Below are positions 37,030-49,813 of a stretch of 64,000 bases of DNA, in pieces (within the stretch, counting starts at the first letter, position 1; every line of letters starts with the position of its first letter). The position numbers and the translations under genes are program-made. Source of the stretch: Oopsacas minuta (taxonomy: Eukaryota > Animalia > Porifera). The stretch is from assembly GCA_024704765.1 (NCBI GenBank), contig JAKMXF010000346.1, forward strand, positions 130,803-194,802, written 5' to 3'. The notes under the pieces are model-generated. The model was not told the origin of the DNA, did no database searches, and saw only the letters and a program-made list of their open reading frames with translations.

Positions 37030-39329
37030 CACAGGTCAACAAAATTTAACTTCATTTTCTCATCAAGTATTAGATTGACATTTTCTAAGCTAGTTTTATA
37101 CGCTGAATTCAAATCTGCTTTCAGATTCTTTCGGCACGTCCAGGTTTTTTTCCATCTACAAGTCAACGATTTTTATGTATTTCCTAAATTTTTCCTGTTA
37201 TTTTATGGTAGTGGCTGTCTTTTTGTCTTCTTACATGATAGCCATCTGAAATAAATCAACATTTCGATGTTTTAGATTAATGCCAAAGTAATATCAGTTA
37301 TTATCCTAGCTCTTACATATAATTATTCACATTCATGCATGTATCAACTACTCACAAACTAAGGGGAAATACACATCCATCTAGAAGTATAAAGGTAGCT
37401 AACTAAATTAAAAGTGTTGAGAGTATGACTTCTATTTATATATCTTGTTGGGATTATCTCTGAAGAGCCTCCAACAGTGATCGGACATCATGCCCTCATT
37501 CCTGAAACCTTTGTATCGGGTTCCCATCTCCTGTATGTCTTGGTGGAATCTCTCACCCTAGGGAGGGGTTCATCACTTACAGCACCAAGGTTCTCAGGGA
37601 AAAATCAAGGTGAGAGCGCAAGAAGTGAAGTTTTAGCGACATGAGACAGCCCATCTTCTCGTATGCGTTAAGCAAGGTTTCCACTCCTTCTCTGTAGTTG
37701 GACGACTTCTTGTTAGCCAAAAGGTTTTCACAAACCCATTTGAATGAATTCCAAGCACACATTTCTAATTCGGATAATGTCTTCTCGAAATCTGGATCTC
37801 TGAATACTTGTCTGATTTGTGGTCCTACAAATACTCCCTCTTTTAACTTTGCCTCGCTTAGTTTCGGAAATTTGCCAACCAAATGCAGAAATCCTGCTGA
37901 ATTTGTTTTGCCCATTGTTTAACGAATGTTTTCATTAATCCAAGTTTAATATGAAGTGAGGGTAAGAAAACTTTGTTTGGGTCTACCAATGGCGAATGCT
38001 GTAAATTGGTTTTCCCCACTTCATAGGTTCTCTTCGGCCAATCACATTTTTTATAATGTTCACCAGTTGCTCGGCTGTCCCATAGACATAGGAAACAACA
38101 ATACTTTGTAAAACCTTGTTGCAAGCCCATCAATAGCCCGATTATCTTAAGATCACCGCAGATATTCCATATATGTGTTCTATACTGTATTGCCTCCAAA
38201 ACTTCCTGCAAATTGACGAAGGTTTCTCTGAGATAGACGGAGTGAGCAATTGGAACGCCAGGCTTTAGATTTCCGTTATGCACCAGAACAACTTTCAAAC
38301 TGCGTTTTGACGAGTCGATGAAAAGGCGCCAATCAGAGGTAGAATGTTCTTGTAATACGTTTGCATAGAGTCCTTCGATATCATTACAATTGCACAGTGG
38401 ACCATCAGTGGTGTAGTATTGAGCGAGATCGAAATTTCGCTTGCGATTGTGGGATACTAGGACATCTTTGTCGAGTAGGTTTTTCTGTTTGAGCCTGGAT
38501 GCAAGGAGTTCATCTTTGTCTTTAGATAAGTCTAGATCCCTGACCAGGTCATTCAATTCTCCCTGTGTAAATGTTTGTGGCTCTAGTAATTCATCTTCGG
38601 AACATAATTAGCATCTGTAGAATCTGCATGAACATCTTCCACCATATCAGACCCAATTTTAATTTGCTGTGGCTTGGGAATTGGGATTGGTAATGAGATG
38701 TCGTGTGGAATTGGCCTGCGAGCAGAATCCAAGTCTGGGTGAACAAGAGCGTGCTTATTCTTGGCTGAGAATCCTGTAATGTCGATAGGGCAAAAGTAAC
38801 AATCATCAAGGTGATTTTTCTGTTCCCTCCAGACCATGGGTATTGCAAATGGCATTGAAACTTTCCTTTTGTTCAACCAATCACGTAGTCCACTTGACAA
38901 GAAGTGCATATAACATGTGGTGCCCACGACTTGTCTTGGTCACCAAGTGGACATTCGAAGTACAATTTGTATAAGTTCTTTAATTGATTCGTGATTGGTC
39001 GTCTTTGTGATTTTACGCAAAAAAGACCACAAACGTAACAGAAATTGTCGGGATGAGTTCTACAATTACGATGCATGTTTATAATTTGATTTGATTTGCT
39101 TGAATTCAAATAAGTAAAGTCATTTATATTCCAGATAATTGAATCAAAATAGGCATGCTCATATAGCAATTTAGTAACTAGGTAATACCATACTATTGAA
39201 AAAATGGATATTGGATTTCAGAATAACTAGACGCGCTAGAGAAATTCTGATCGCAGATTCAGTTCAGCATTCAAAAGTATGCTAGGATAAATGTATGTGA
39301 TCTCTGATGAGAAATCTTGTTGAGTTGTG
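37030..39329 (-). mobile_element. Chapaev3-like (CMC) DNA transposon, copy A
   Basis: CAC...GTG termini with imperfect 18-bp TIR CACANNTCAACANNATTT. Chapa Zn-finger (H-x-CxxC...WAPHVICTSC), WRLFIDSSKRSLK, ICGDLK, LHIKLGLMK, GERFHQD. Multiple frameshifts. Confidence 0.88.
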
Positions 39330-40292
39330 TTGTCAGCCAATATACTTGATATAAGTGGGAATTGTAGTCACAGGTCGCTTAATATGTCCAATGTGCTGCC
39401 ACAATCACTTTGAATAAATGATTTCTCATCTTGGAACTCTTGCATTATGATCACGTTGCAAATTTATATTTTCCGAATTTCAGGAATTTGTATTTTGATC
39501 ATACATCAGTCATTTACTGCCGAGATTACTAGTCAAAACTCATGTATGTGCTCCATTGTCAGTACCTAAGCCCATTTTGTGTATTTTAGATGGATCATGG
39601 ATAATCTGATTTTAAAATTTCATCTACTTTATATATTCGAGTCGCAAATTGCTGGCCAAAAGTACTAAGATATTTAGCTGTTTCAGGCTTGTCCTCAACT
39701 CGATTTATTAAGCTGTCGTGAAGCTACCTAGTAACGTAGGGCGTTATTTTTATTGAATTATTTGTGAACTTAAGGAAGCCTATCTGTATTCTTTAATTAC
39801 CTGTTTTACTACATTATAACCTCAGTTTTACAAACACATCTGTATACACTACGCATTTCTTTCCTACTCAGTGTTATTTTATCCTTAACTCCCAAACCAG
39901 TATATACATGCATATGATTATAGCTCTCTGCGATACGGCCTGAAACATTATTGGGATATGGTAATATACTAGTAAATGGAAACGGTAAAAATCTCAAATC
40001 AGCCTCTGTTCCAAAGTAGGGTAGTTTGAGTTGGATTCATGTCGGTTAAAAATACTTTGGATTAATAACACTGATATACAAAATTGTGAAAAGTTTTTGA
40101 TGATTAAATAAAAATAGCTGAAATTGAATCATTTGAAGGGACTATTTATGAATGAGTTAAGTATGTATTCACAACAGGTCTATAATTTGTAATTTTCTGG
40201 TTGGAAGATTGCACCAATATGAGATTAGATATGTGAAATTATACATACATTCATGTTAATTACCTTCTAAATCATACTAATATTAACTATCA

Positions 40293-40697
40293 CTAGCGCG
40301 TTAGCTTACTTGCGCTAGCGGTTCTAACACTTCGTGTCCGTACTCGGCCTTCGGCCCTCGCTTTGACTGTTAGTTTGTGTGATATTCGGAATCAGCGTAC
40401 CCGATTACCCCACAATAACCGTTGAAACCACATTTCTAGGATTTTGAAATTTGTTTACTTTTTGTTTCCTATATATTCATATAAACCAGCTAAATTTGTA
40501 TATGACAAATCCATAAGTGTGATTCGGATCAGCACATTCGCTAACCTTTAGTCAAGTTTTATGAAATTTGTATATCTTCCTGATTAACACCATAGATATA
40601 TAGATACAAACATTTTTGCAAATATGAATTCCACATTCCATTTCAGCTTCCTTAGCAACGGACAAACGGACAGACAACAATTGAGATTTAATATAGA
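40293..40697 (-). mobile_element. Non-autonomous Helitron (405 bp)
   Basis: A|TCTATATT...GTCTGTCC 5' end, hairpins, CTAG|T 3' end. Inserted 7 bp after the stop codon of Chapaev copy C. Confidence 0.87.
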
Positions 40698-40704
40698 TTC
40701 ATAT

Positions 40705-42365
40705 TTAATCGTCTAAAAATTGTTTTTTCCTCGACTTTCTTTTGTGTAGAACGTCAGGCTTGTTGTGTTGCAAACACCAACAGTAGTCTGCCATCATACT
40801 GGAATTCCATTTTCTTTGGTATCTGTGTTCAATGTCACTAATATCCTGATGAAAACGTTCGCCTTGTTCTTCGCTTAGTGCCCAAGATTTTTTGGAAAAT
40901 AATTCAGGTGTGAGTGAAGGAAATGGATTTTTATAGACATTCTCGCACCGAGCATTTTGTAATTCTCTATTAATCTCTCGACAATGTCAGCATAGTTGTC
41001 AACTTTGTGATTTCCAAGGAAACTTTCTACCACATCACGAAAACTCAGCCAAGCTTTCCTCTGTAGGCTACTTAATTCTTTAAGAAATTCATCATCTTTG
41101 AATAGCTCCCTTATTTGTGGTCCAACGAAGATGCCACCTTTAATCTTCGCATCAGAAATTGCAGGGAATTTTTCCACGAGGTACAAAAAACTTCCACAAT
41201 CCTTGGGCAATGCCTTCACAAAATTTTTCATTAAACCAAGTTTAATGTGAAGAGGTGGTAACAAGACATCGTTAGAATCCACAAGTGGTTCTTGAATAAC
41301 ATTGTGACTACCAGGAACTAAATGGTCTCGATGCGACCACACTTTCTGGACGTAATGTCGAGCGTCTGCACGGCTATCCCACAAACACAGAAAACATGGA
41401 TATTTGGTGTAACCACCTTGTTGTCCAAGAAGTAATGATATGACCTTAAGATCTCCACAAATTAACCATCGATGCATGGTGTAATTTAGTGCATCTAGGA
41501 AGACTTTCATGCTGTCGTAAGTCTCCTTAAGTTGAAAAGAATGTGTAACTGGAATACACGCAAGCTTGTTGCCATTATGGAGTAACACTCCCTTTAAACT
41601 TCTTTTAGAGGAATCAATAAATAATCGCCATTCTTCAGGATTATATTTCACTCCAAGCTTTTCTATCAGACCAGGAATATTTCCACAATATACAAATGAT
41701 GGCTGTAAGTGAAAAAATTTAAGCAAATCTTGTTCTCTAGTTCGATATTTCGAAATATTCGCCTCCGGAAGTAGTAAATTCTTCTGTTTTAGACGTGAAG
41801 CAAGAATTTCTGAAGACGATTTTGGTAAATTAAGATCTCTTATTAGGTCATCAAGATCATCTTGATCAAAAAGCTAAGGAGAATTATCATCTGGTGGGAG
41901 TATGTACTCGTCAGAATCTCCACTACTATCATTGTCACTGCTACTGTCTAATATTTCCAATGGAACTGGTACAGGTAGGTCCTCTGAATGTGGAACTGGC
42001 CTAATGGCGGACGGTACGTCTGGGTACGCAATACTGGATTTATTCTTTTTTGTGATACCATCAATTTTCGTCATGCAGAAATAACAATCCGAAAGATGAC
42101 ACATTGGTTCTCTCCATATCATTGGAACCGCAAACGGCATTTTCTTTCTCCTCCCAGCATACCACAAGCGTAAGTTCTCAACGCATGTCTTACAAGCATT
42201 GTGTGGAGCCCAGGGCTTATCTTGATCCCCAAGATGGCATCCAAAATATGCGAAATAACAGCGTTCTACAGCCTTTGTGATATTTTGCCGTTGGTCAGTT
42301 GTAGTATACCTCCCACAAATATAACAAAACTTTTCAGGCGAATTTTTACAAACCCGAGAAGCATA
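40705..42365 (-). pseudogene. Divergent Chapaev3-like transposase, copy C (full length, three lesions)
   Basis: SRVCKNSPEKFCYICG...WAPHNACKTC through LSEEQGERFHQDI...MMADYCW. 1-bp deletion at the start, in-frame TAG at 41874, 1-bp deletion at ~40880. Termini not confidently located. Confidence 0.88.
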
Positions 42366-43244
42366 AACAATAAAATGAACAAGATAAACTAACTGTCGAG
42401 TGGAATAAAACAGATTATAGCTACTATTAGAGGCAATTTACATCATATAAGCAATTCAAACCAAATAAATGCGATAAGGGTGATGTGTAGAATTGAATTT
42501 AGAAATATTTTGACGATATAGTCAATTAAAAGACCGAAATAACTAAAATAGAAATTTCTTACTTTTTTAGTACCCCTGAGAATGAAAAAAATACATAATA
42601 ATTCCCAATGTATATCTACACTATGCAAAAATAATAGAGAAAGAAGATCATCAAAAATGTTGTATATCTGTGTAATCTGTACAGTTTGGAAGAAATTAAC
42701 GAAATTATTTGGCGTCGGCTCTGGAGTATTACGTATCATCCATGTAACTGATTTTTACTATTATCTTCTAAACTTTTCATTTACCAGATTGGTGATCAAA
42801 GTGTATATTATTGACAGCATTAAACCAGCCCTAAGTATCACAATTCTAAGTTTTTAGATCTCTGGTCATGATCAAATTTTCATTTTTCACTAAATTGTTC
42901 GGACAATCGGGTCAAAAGTACTACAATCCAGCACAATATAGAATTCTATTGCGGTACCACTGAATCAATTTGGATTCAATTCTGATTTATCTTTGTGAAT
43001 CAATCCCATATGGAGAACGTATAAAGTAGCTAGCAAAGTAAGATTTCATACAACAGAGTAACTGATGCACCTTAGTATTTATGTATATATACGTATATGC
43101 ACACATATATGTATATATCACTCAGTCATTTTCACTGAGCCACTATACTATAAAGTATAGTCGGTACAGTTTACTTCCCTCTCCTGGCCCTTCGTATAAT
43201 CTTGTGTTTTTGCGTTTTCTAATTTCTGTCCATTGAATCTTTAG

Positions 43245-43843
43245 GTTCCCAAACGTAAAGCAGCTGAAAGAACGATAGAACTCTTTTCGCATCTTTATCA
43301 GTCCGATCCATCCCATCTTATTACTGCTGATCCCAGACTGATGTTTTCCTCACATGGCATTCACCCATCAGTTTTGAAATTTGGTGGCCAATTATCCAAA
43401 AGTGATATAGCTGGTTCTAGCAGCCGTTCAGTTGCACTTCTGGCTGCCTTCCAAAATGTCATCAGTGATTACCAAACCCCTGAAAATAAGGATTTAGTTC
43501 GAGAAATCATTAAGGTTATTGAACCATGTATTAATTTTTTAAAACAATGTTGTCCACTTTCTCTATCTATGCGCAATACTGTTACATATATGAAATATAT
43601 ACTAAAAAGTATTCCAAATAATCTCGATGAACAAGGAGGAAAAAAATGGTTCTTACAACAGTCCAAAAAGTCCATTCATGCTCGCATACTTTTAGCCGCA
43701 AATATAATTTTAGATCTTGTAATTCATCAGATTAGAGATGATGATGTTATTCTTGTATATTTACCATGTGCTCTAGTGATGAATATTATATTAGAAGCAA
43801 ATTCAAGAGGGATTAAATTTCGCGTTCTAATTATTGACTCAAG
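43245..43843 (+). CDS. EIF2B4: eIF2B delta subunit, coding exon 2 (599 nt)
   Basis: Polypyrimidine/TTTAG acceptor at 43244. LFSHL, IHPSVLKFG, DYQTPEN, FLKQCCPLSLSMRN, DVILVY and FRVLIIDSR align with eIF2B-delta. Phase-2 donor AG|GTAC at 43844. Confidence 0.93.
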
Positions 43844-45639
43844 GTACTTTCTTATAGCATATAGTATAATTTTGTGTTGTTTAGATAATTCTGATCTTTA
43901 AATGTGTTTTCCAACCTCTTAATCAGGTTCCTTCACATGCAATGTTCATTCCATGAAATTTCATCATAATCTGACGCCATTTGGCTGTTGCGAAATTACT
44001 ATAATATATTTACCTGTATTTTAACTCTTATTGAAAATTTCAAATTTCCTTGGCCTGCCCCAATTATGTTACTAAGTAATATTTTCGATTATGCCGAATT
44101 ACTTCTCTGGTGCACTGTGTCCCTAAACCTCAATGATCTTTGCAAAAATGTGGCCAATGATTAGGTACGAAACCATGTATTTTTAATGTAGAATTCATTT
44201 GAAATATTTTGACATCGATTCTAGGGAACTTGAATACAAATTTCACATCTTTATCCTATCATAAAATGCATTTTATCACTGGATCTATCAGATTTTGATG
44301 TTTAGAATGTACTTTGTTTTATAAGTATCGACTGATGGAAAAAACGTCAGTAATTTTGGTTCTATTTGTAATGATATTTATTTTATAATTCTAGGGTTGT
44401 TGATTTATGAGTTCCCTAAGTGATGATAGATTACCGAGGAAAACTATGATGTTGTAATTTCGGTTATTATCCAGACGTATAAATACAGTATTGGTATTAC
44501 TATTATGTAAAACTAAATTGTTTCGATTTTCCGAAAGAGATCTATTTATGCTTCACCAACAAATACATGTTTTGATTGTTAAACAAGTGGAAATACCTTG
44601 TACAAGTAGATTTTTATATCGTAGAAATTCCTAGAATTTGATTTACCATACTCTAAAACCTAGAAAACTAAGTATCTACTTTACAATTTGAATGAATGTA
44701 GCGATTACATGACTGTCATCTTCCTATTTCAAAATCTTGTATTGTATTATTACATGGTGATCATTAATTCGTAAGGTATGTTATTATGTATGTATTCTAC
44801 CTAACTAACATATGCGTGGAATGTAATTTATGGTCTCTTTCCTCAAATTTTGGTTTGCGACCTCAGGACTTCATTAGAGATCGGACATAATATATGTCCA
44901 ACTTAGTCTAATACATTTACAGTTCTATTTCTAATAATCCAGACGATGAAATGATGTTTCTGTTAGAAATATGCAAAATTTCGAAGATTAGAAGGCCGCA
45001 TTGGACGATCTCTTAAATTCTGTTATTATATTCTATCAAGGTCGAGGCCCCATATGTTTTTAAATAGATTCAGTTAGCTTAGTGGCGTCGAACAAGGTGG
45101 TACTCGATAGTTGAGGACTAATTTTAGGATAGAATGTGCCACATTCTTGCGTCGCTATGAAAATTATTGTCGAATGTATTCAAATGCAATGCTGGCGCCA
45201 GGGGGGACGTGGTTCCTGTAGGGCTACACCAGTTTCCGTCAGGGACACATTCGTCCTTCATCATTTAATGCATCCGCTCATTTTCATTGCTTATTACTAC
45301 TTGCTGTTGCCTAAACTATAGCTATTAGTCAAATACCTAATTTGCTGAAAATTAATATTCATTGACTAAACCTCTATAATATTTCTATTCCATTATTCAT
45401 GAGTTGTCAGCATCTAGGCTTTATATTCATTTCTCCTATTCAATAATTTCCAACAATATTTCAGTGCAAGAAAATATCACCAATATATATATTCATATAA
45501 CATAGTTGAGACATTCATATTTTCATTACACTTATTGTTCAGAACATTAAATTGTTCAACTCTGTTCCTCCTGCCAATGCAAACAGAACGATGGGATAAG
45601 ACCTGAAGATGCAAGCAATAATATCGAAAAGTGACCGAT

Positions 45640-47460
45640 TTCCATCAGATTGAGGTTGTCACATATGTTTCTCTAAGGATTTGTTTACTGGACGACCTTG
45701 GCTGGAATATTTCCAGGTCGCCGATTCTGCATTTTGTTATTGTTGTCGTGCTTATCAAACATGGGCAACTTTAGGACTTTTCATATTAGAAATCTACAAT
45801 GAACAACTTCAAAGAACTGAAGGACTCGAAATGTCTGTCACTTACCTCTAGGCTTTCCAAAAACGGAAGCATTTTGCGAAAATTAGTATCTTAAGTAGGT
45901 AGGACATCCTTTACTATCCCCAATTCTTAAGACAGTGGCACTCTTCATTTTAACTTGTAGCGTTCAAGACATTTGATTTTTGGACAGTGACATGGACGCG
46001 TTGGGCAAGGTTTTCACTGTGCTGCCCGAAACAGAGGAAATCCTTTGGAGATCCTGTCCTCTTATGCAGTAAACTTATTCTTCTTTCGAAATTCTGATGA
46101 ACTAATACCGCTCAAAATGTTCATCACAACATTCCTAGTATTATTCTCACCCTGCTTACCAAGTCTGTATATCACCATATTCTACTTTCAAATATTTTCT
46201 CTACTCTGTGATGAATCTAAGCATTGAAACAAAGATTAACAAATATCAGTCTTGAGATATGCTGACAATGGGGCTATGCATGAAGTTTTCTACAATTTTG
46301 TTCAATAACACATTGAAAGCGATACTGAAAGCCATGGAAGTATACAGTTAATCTCATTTATTTCCACAATGTTATGATCTGGCAGCTGTGAAGTCGGAGA
46401 AAGAAAGGACTCCAGTCCTTCATGCTTGCTGTGCCCCAGAGGGTTATATTTCCACTGTTACGCTCATAGATAGACCAACTTATTTGTTCTGAGCTCTGAA
46501 TTTTCAATTCGCAAAATTTTTTCCTTCTTCGATCAGTTCGCACATTTAATAAGTTATTCACAGCCATAGTATCACATGATCGAATCAGAGGATTTTTTAG
46601 AATTTTTATGGGAGGCTAACCAATTTTCATGAATTAGAGGGAGTCAAAGTTTGGAGCTAAAGTGCATAACATAGTAATCATGTACTTTGCTACAAGTATC
46701 TCTTAAATACTAACACATGATTGATAATATGGTCGTTAGCGATGAATTCTAATTAGTATATTATTGATAATCATACCACTTCATTCATTAATTTTTCTAA
46801 TTTCCCAATAATGAAAAATTAACAGTGAGATTGACCATAGCTCAGGAGAGCCATTTTGCCCCCCCTCTATTCATCTAGAAAAAACCCTGATCGAATTCGT
46901 TGTCCAAAACGCTCTGTTGTTCCCAAGAAGAGGCTTGGCATGCATTTATTGACTCTTTACGTAGCATCAATCCATGGTTCTCACAAAACCCTGACAGAAT
47001 AGCTGCTGCAGAATTCATTCTAGGATTCGCACGATTTTATTGTAAATCTGGTCCTTTTCCAAGATATACTCCATATGTCAAGCATGGCGGGAACTGCCTC
47101 CAGAACAACGAAATAGACACGACCATATCGGTGGAACTCATTGCAGCTCTAAAGACCACTTTGCGAAAGTAGGCTCGTTTGAGCATTTTGGATCTCTGTT
47201 GTCCAATTAATTACTTAGCACGACATTGCACCACCAATTAAGCGCTGAGTAGGAAATGTAGAGAGGCTTCTAATCACCATATATGGGCTAAAGACGATTA
47301 GGTCAAGCTTATGACCAAGTTGTTGAGAGTTTGTGTCAGAGCTGGAAATTCGTTTTGATAACGAATAATCGTGTATTTTTAAAGCCATGACTGCCATGAA
47401 CCCATTGTCAAAGTTTTTTAAAGTATTGAAATAATGATGTCTTTTATAGAACACTACGTA
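45640..47460 (+). mobile_element. ZMYM1-like hAT relic, interrupted by a MITE
   Basis: RPWLEYFQVADSAFCYCCR (TTF-type finger), QCYDLAAV...FHCYAH and ELEIRF...AM..MNP remnants. Heavily decayed. Confidence 0.65.
46586..46889. mobile_element. hAT MITE (304 bp)
   Basis: CAGAGGATTTTTTAGA / TCTAGAAAAAACCCTG termini; 7-8-bp TSD (G)ATCGAAT. Confidence 0.8.
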
Positions 47461-47716
47461 ATTATTCAGGAATTGTTAAGAAGTAAATTTCAGCTCTTCA
47501 AAGGGGCTATACAACATTACCAAAACCAGAGTGTTAGTCTATTCTCGCTGTTTACTATTTGTATGCCCTCAGCCAGGGGCGGTCGTAGGATTTGACTAGC
47601 CCGGCCCAAAGGCAGAGCTATGAGAAACAACCTAGGTCATGTTTTTACTGTGCCAAATATCACTATTCCATAGAATAATAGCTCAGTTCTAAATTGTTGG
47701 CTCAGTATCTGCGGGA

Positions 47717-48110
47717 TCTATATTATTTAATCTCAATTAATGTCTGGTTGTTTGTTTGTTTTCTTGTCAAGGAATGGATTTACGGTATGCAATTATAAAA
47801 TTGTCGCATAACTATGTATTTATCGTTTTTTCAAGGAAGTATATACGTAGAATTCAATAAAACTTCATCAAATATATCGAACATGCTGAATCCGATTTTC
47901 ACAATTTGGATTATACATATATAAATTTATTGTTGGTTTTACGAAAATATAGTAAGCTAATTAGCTAAATCTCAAAATATACGTGCAGGCTTACTCCAAA
48001 TGGCTGCACAGGGGTAAGTAAGTACGCTGAATCCGAATTTGGAGAATAATGGATAACTCGAGGCGCAATACGCCGAGTTCATCGCGAAGCGACGAGCCAA
48101 AGGCTCGTAT
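47717..48110 (+). mobile_element. Non-autonomous Helitron-like element
   Basis: A|TCTATATT...GTTT microsatellite 5' end like 21388; body like 20900-21050; triple-hairpin cassette 48062-48108 like 20596-20641. No CTAG end. Confidence 0.72.
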
Positions 48111-48884
48111 TTATAATGTTTTCGCTCTACATTTCTCACCATAAGAGATTACACCAGCCAAATTTGGCATGTGTACTTCTAATGACAGCTAGCTGTGCGC
48201 CTGAGCTTTCAAAGATGTCTAATATATACGTTTTCATACCTTTGGACCTCTATAATTTAGCCCAATCAAATTGTAGGGTTTTGCAGTTGGGCGTAAATGC
48301 ATAAACTTAGTTCTGGTAGATATCCGTGTAGTCCATCTCGCCATATTAGCACCGTAATGTATTTGTATTGCATGAAGACAGCAATTCTATTGTTCAATAC
48401 TTTTTATTTTGTGTGTATACATAATACACTTATTTACCATATGATTAATCATATTATCACACATTTAGGAAATATTTCAATATTGTCTTAGAAATTAACT
48501 TCCGCCGGATATTAGGGGTTAACAATGACGTAGAATTCGATTCCAAACTTCCAAACGGAACTATAACTACATTCACCGCACCATCCACTTATTGAGGTTC
48601 TACTTAAGATAATATAATCCGAGTATAAGGAATAATTAAAAAGATGAGAGGGGACTAAATATTTTAGTTAGCAGAGCATAGAATGAGACACTGACCATTG
48701 ACCACTCTCTTCGTTTTATCTCTCAGGAATTATTGGACCTTGGAACACTGAAGCATGTTGATTTTCTTCGGCAAAGATCAGCTGAGATTTGGAGAGCGAA
48801 GCCTAGAGACTGAATCTACCTCTGACCTGGTATTATGGAGGAAAGACCTTAGATGCAACGAATTTTAGTCAATTCTTCAATATA

Positions 48885-49799
48885 CAGCCAAGGGACAAAA
48901 GTATTCGACCACACAAATATATTGTCATAAATTGTATACTCTTTCCCGCTCCTATATATTGTGTAGTCTATATTCGTAGCTGCAATCTAGTAATTTGCAT
49001 AGAATAACATATGTTTTTCAAGAATTTCAAATAAATATTTTCGATTTACACTTTTTGAAGGTGTTATTTATTAATAAACATTAGATAATTATTGATGGTC
49101 AAAATATGTGGTAATTCAAAACCTATTAAGAATCTATAATTTCTGACTTGATATTTGAATTCTACGTAGGCGAGTTACCCCAGATTACAATTTTCAATGG
49201 GATTGGACAATTTTTGCCAAAGTTATAGAAGAATTTCAATTTGTGCCATTTGTGCCACCTTTTGTCCAAGGTGGCACAAGTGGCCGCTACGAAGAGGTTA
49301 TTTTGTAATTCAAGGGTTAACATAGTCATATCATTCGAAGATATTACTTTGACTTATTCTTCCTAACCCTAGTTGATTTCCTTGTGGTGGCGCTTTATCC
49401 TGCTACTTGTGCCGCCTTGGGAAAAGGTGGCACAAATGGCACAAATTGAAATTCTTCTATAACTTTGGCAAAAATTGTCCAATCCCATTGAAAATTGTAA
49501 TCTGGGGTAACTCGCCTACGTGGAATTCAAATATCAAGTCAGAAATTATAGATTCTTAATAGGTTTTGAATTACCACATATTTTGACCATCAATAATTAT
49601 CTAATGTTTATTAATAATTAACACCTTCAAAAAGTGTAAATCGAAAATATTTTTTGAAATTATTGAGAAACATATGTTATTCTATGCAAATTACTAGATT
49701 GCAGCTACGAATATAGACTACACAATATATAGGAGCGGGAAAGAGTACACAATTTATGATAATATATTTGTGTGGTCGAATACTTTTGTCCCCTGACTG
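48885..49799. mobile_element. Tc1-like fold-back MITE, 915 bp with ~397-bp TIRs
   Basis: TA|CAG(C/T)CA(A/G)GGGACAAAAGTATTCG termini. Arms 48885-49281 and 49405-49799 about 97% complementary by eye; 123-bp spacer. Confidence 0.92.
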
Positions 49800-49813
49800 T
49801 ACATTAACTATGA

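Noticed and set aside
39330-49813. Past inversion or composite transposition between the Chapaev twins
   Set aside because: Cross-matching the 3-bp flanks is no better than the direct comparison; exon 2 is in the sense orientation; the outer TAA/TAA can be explained by TWA target preference.
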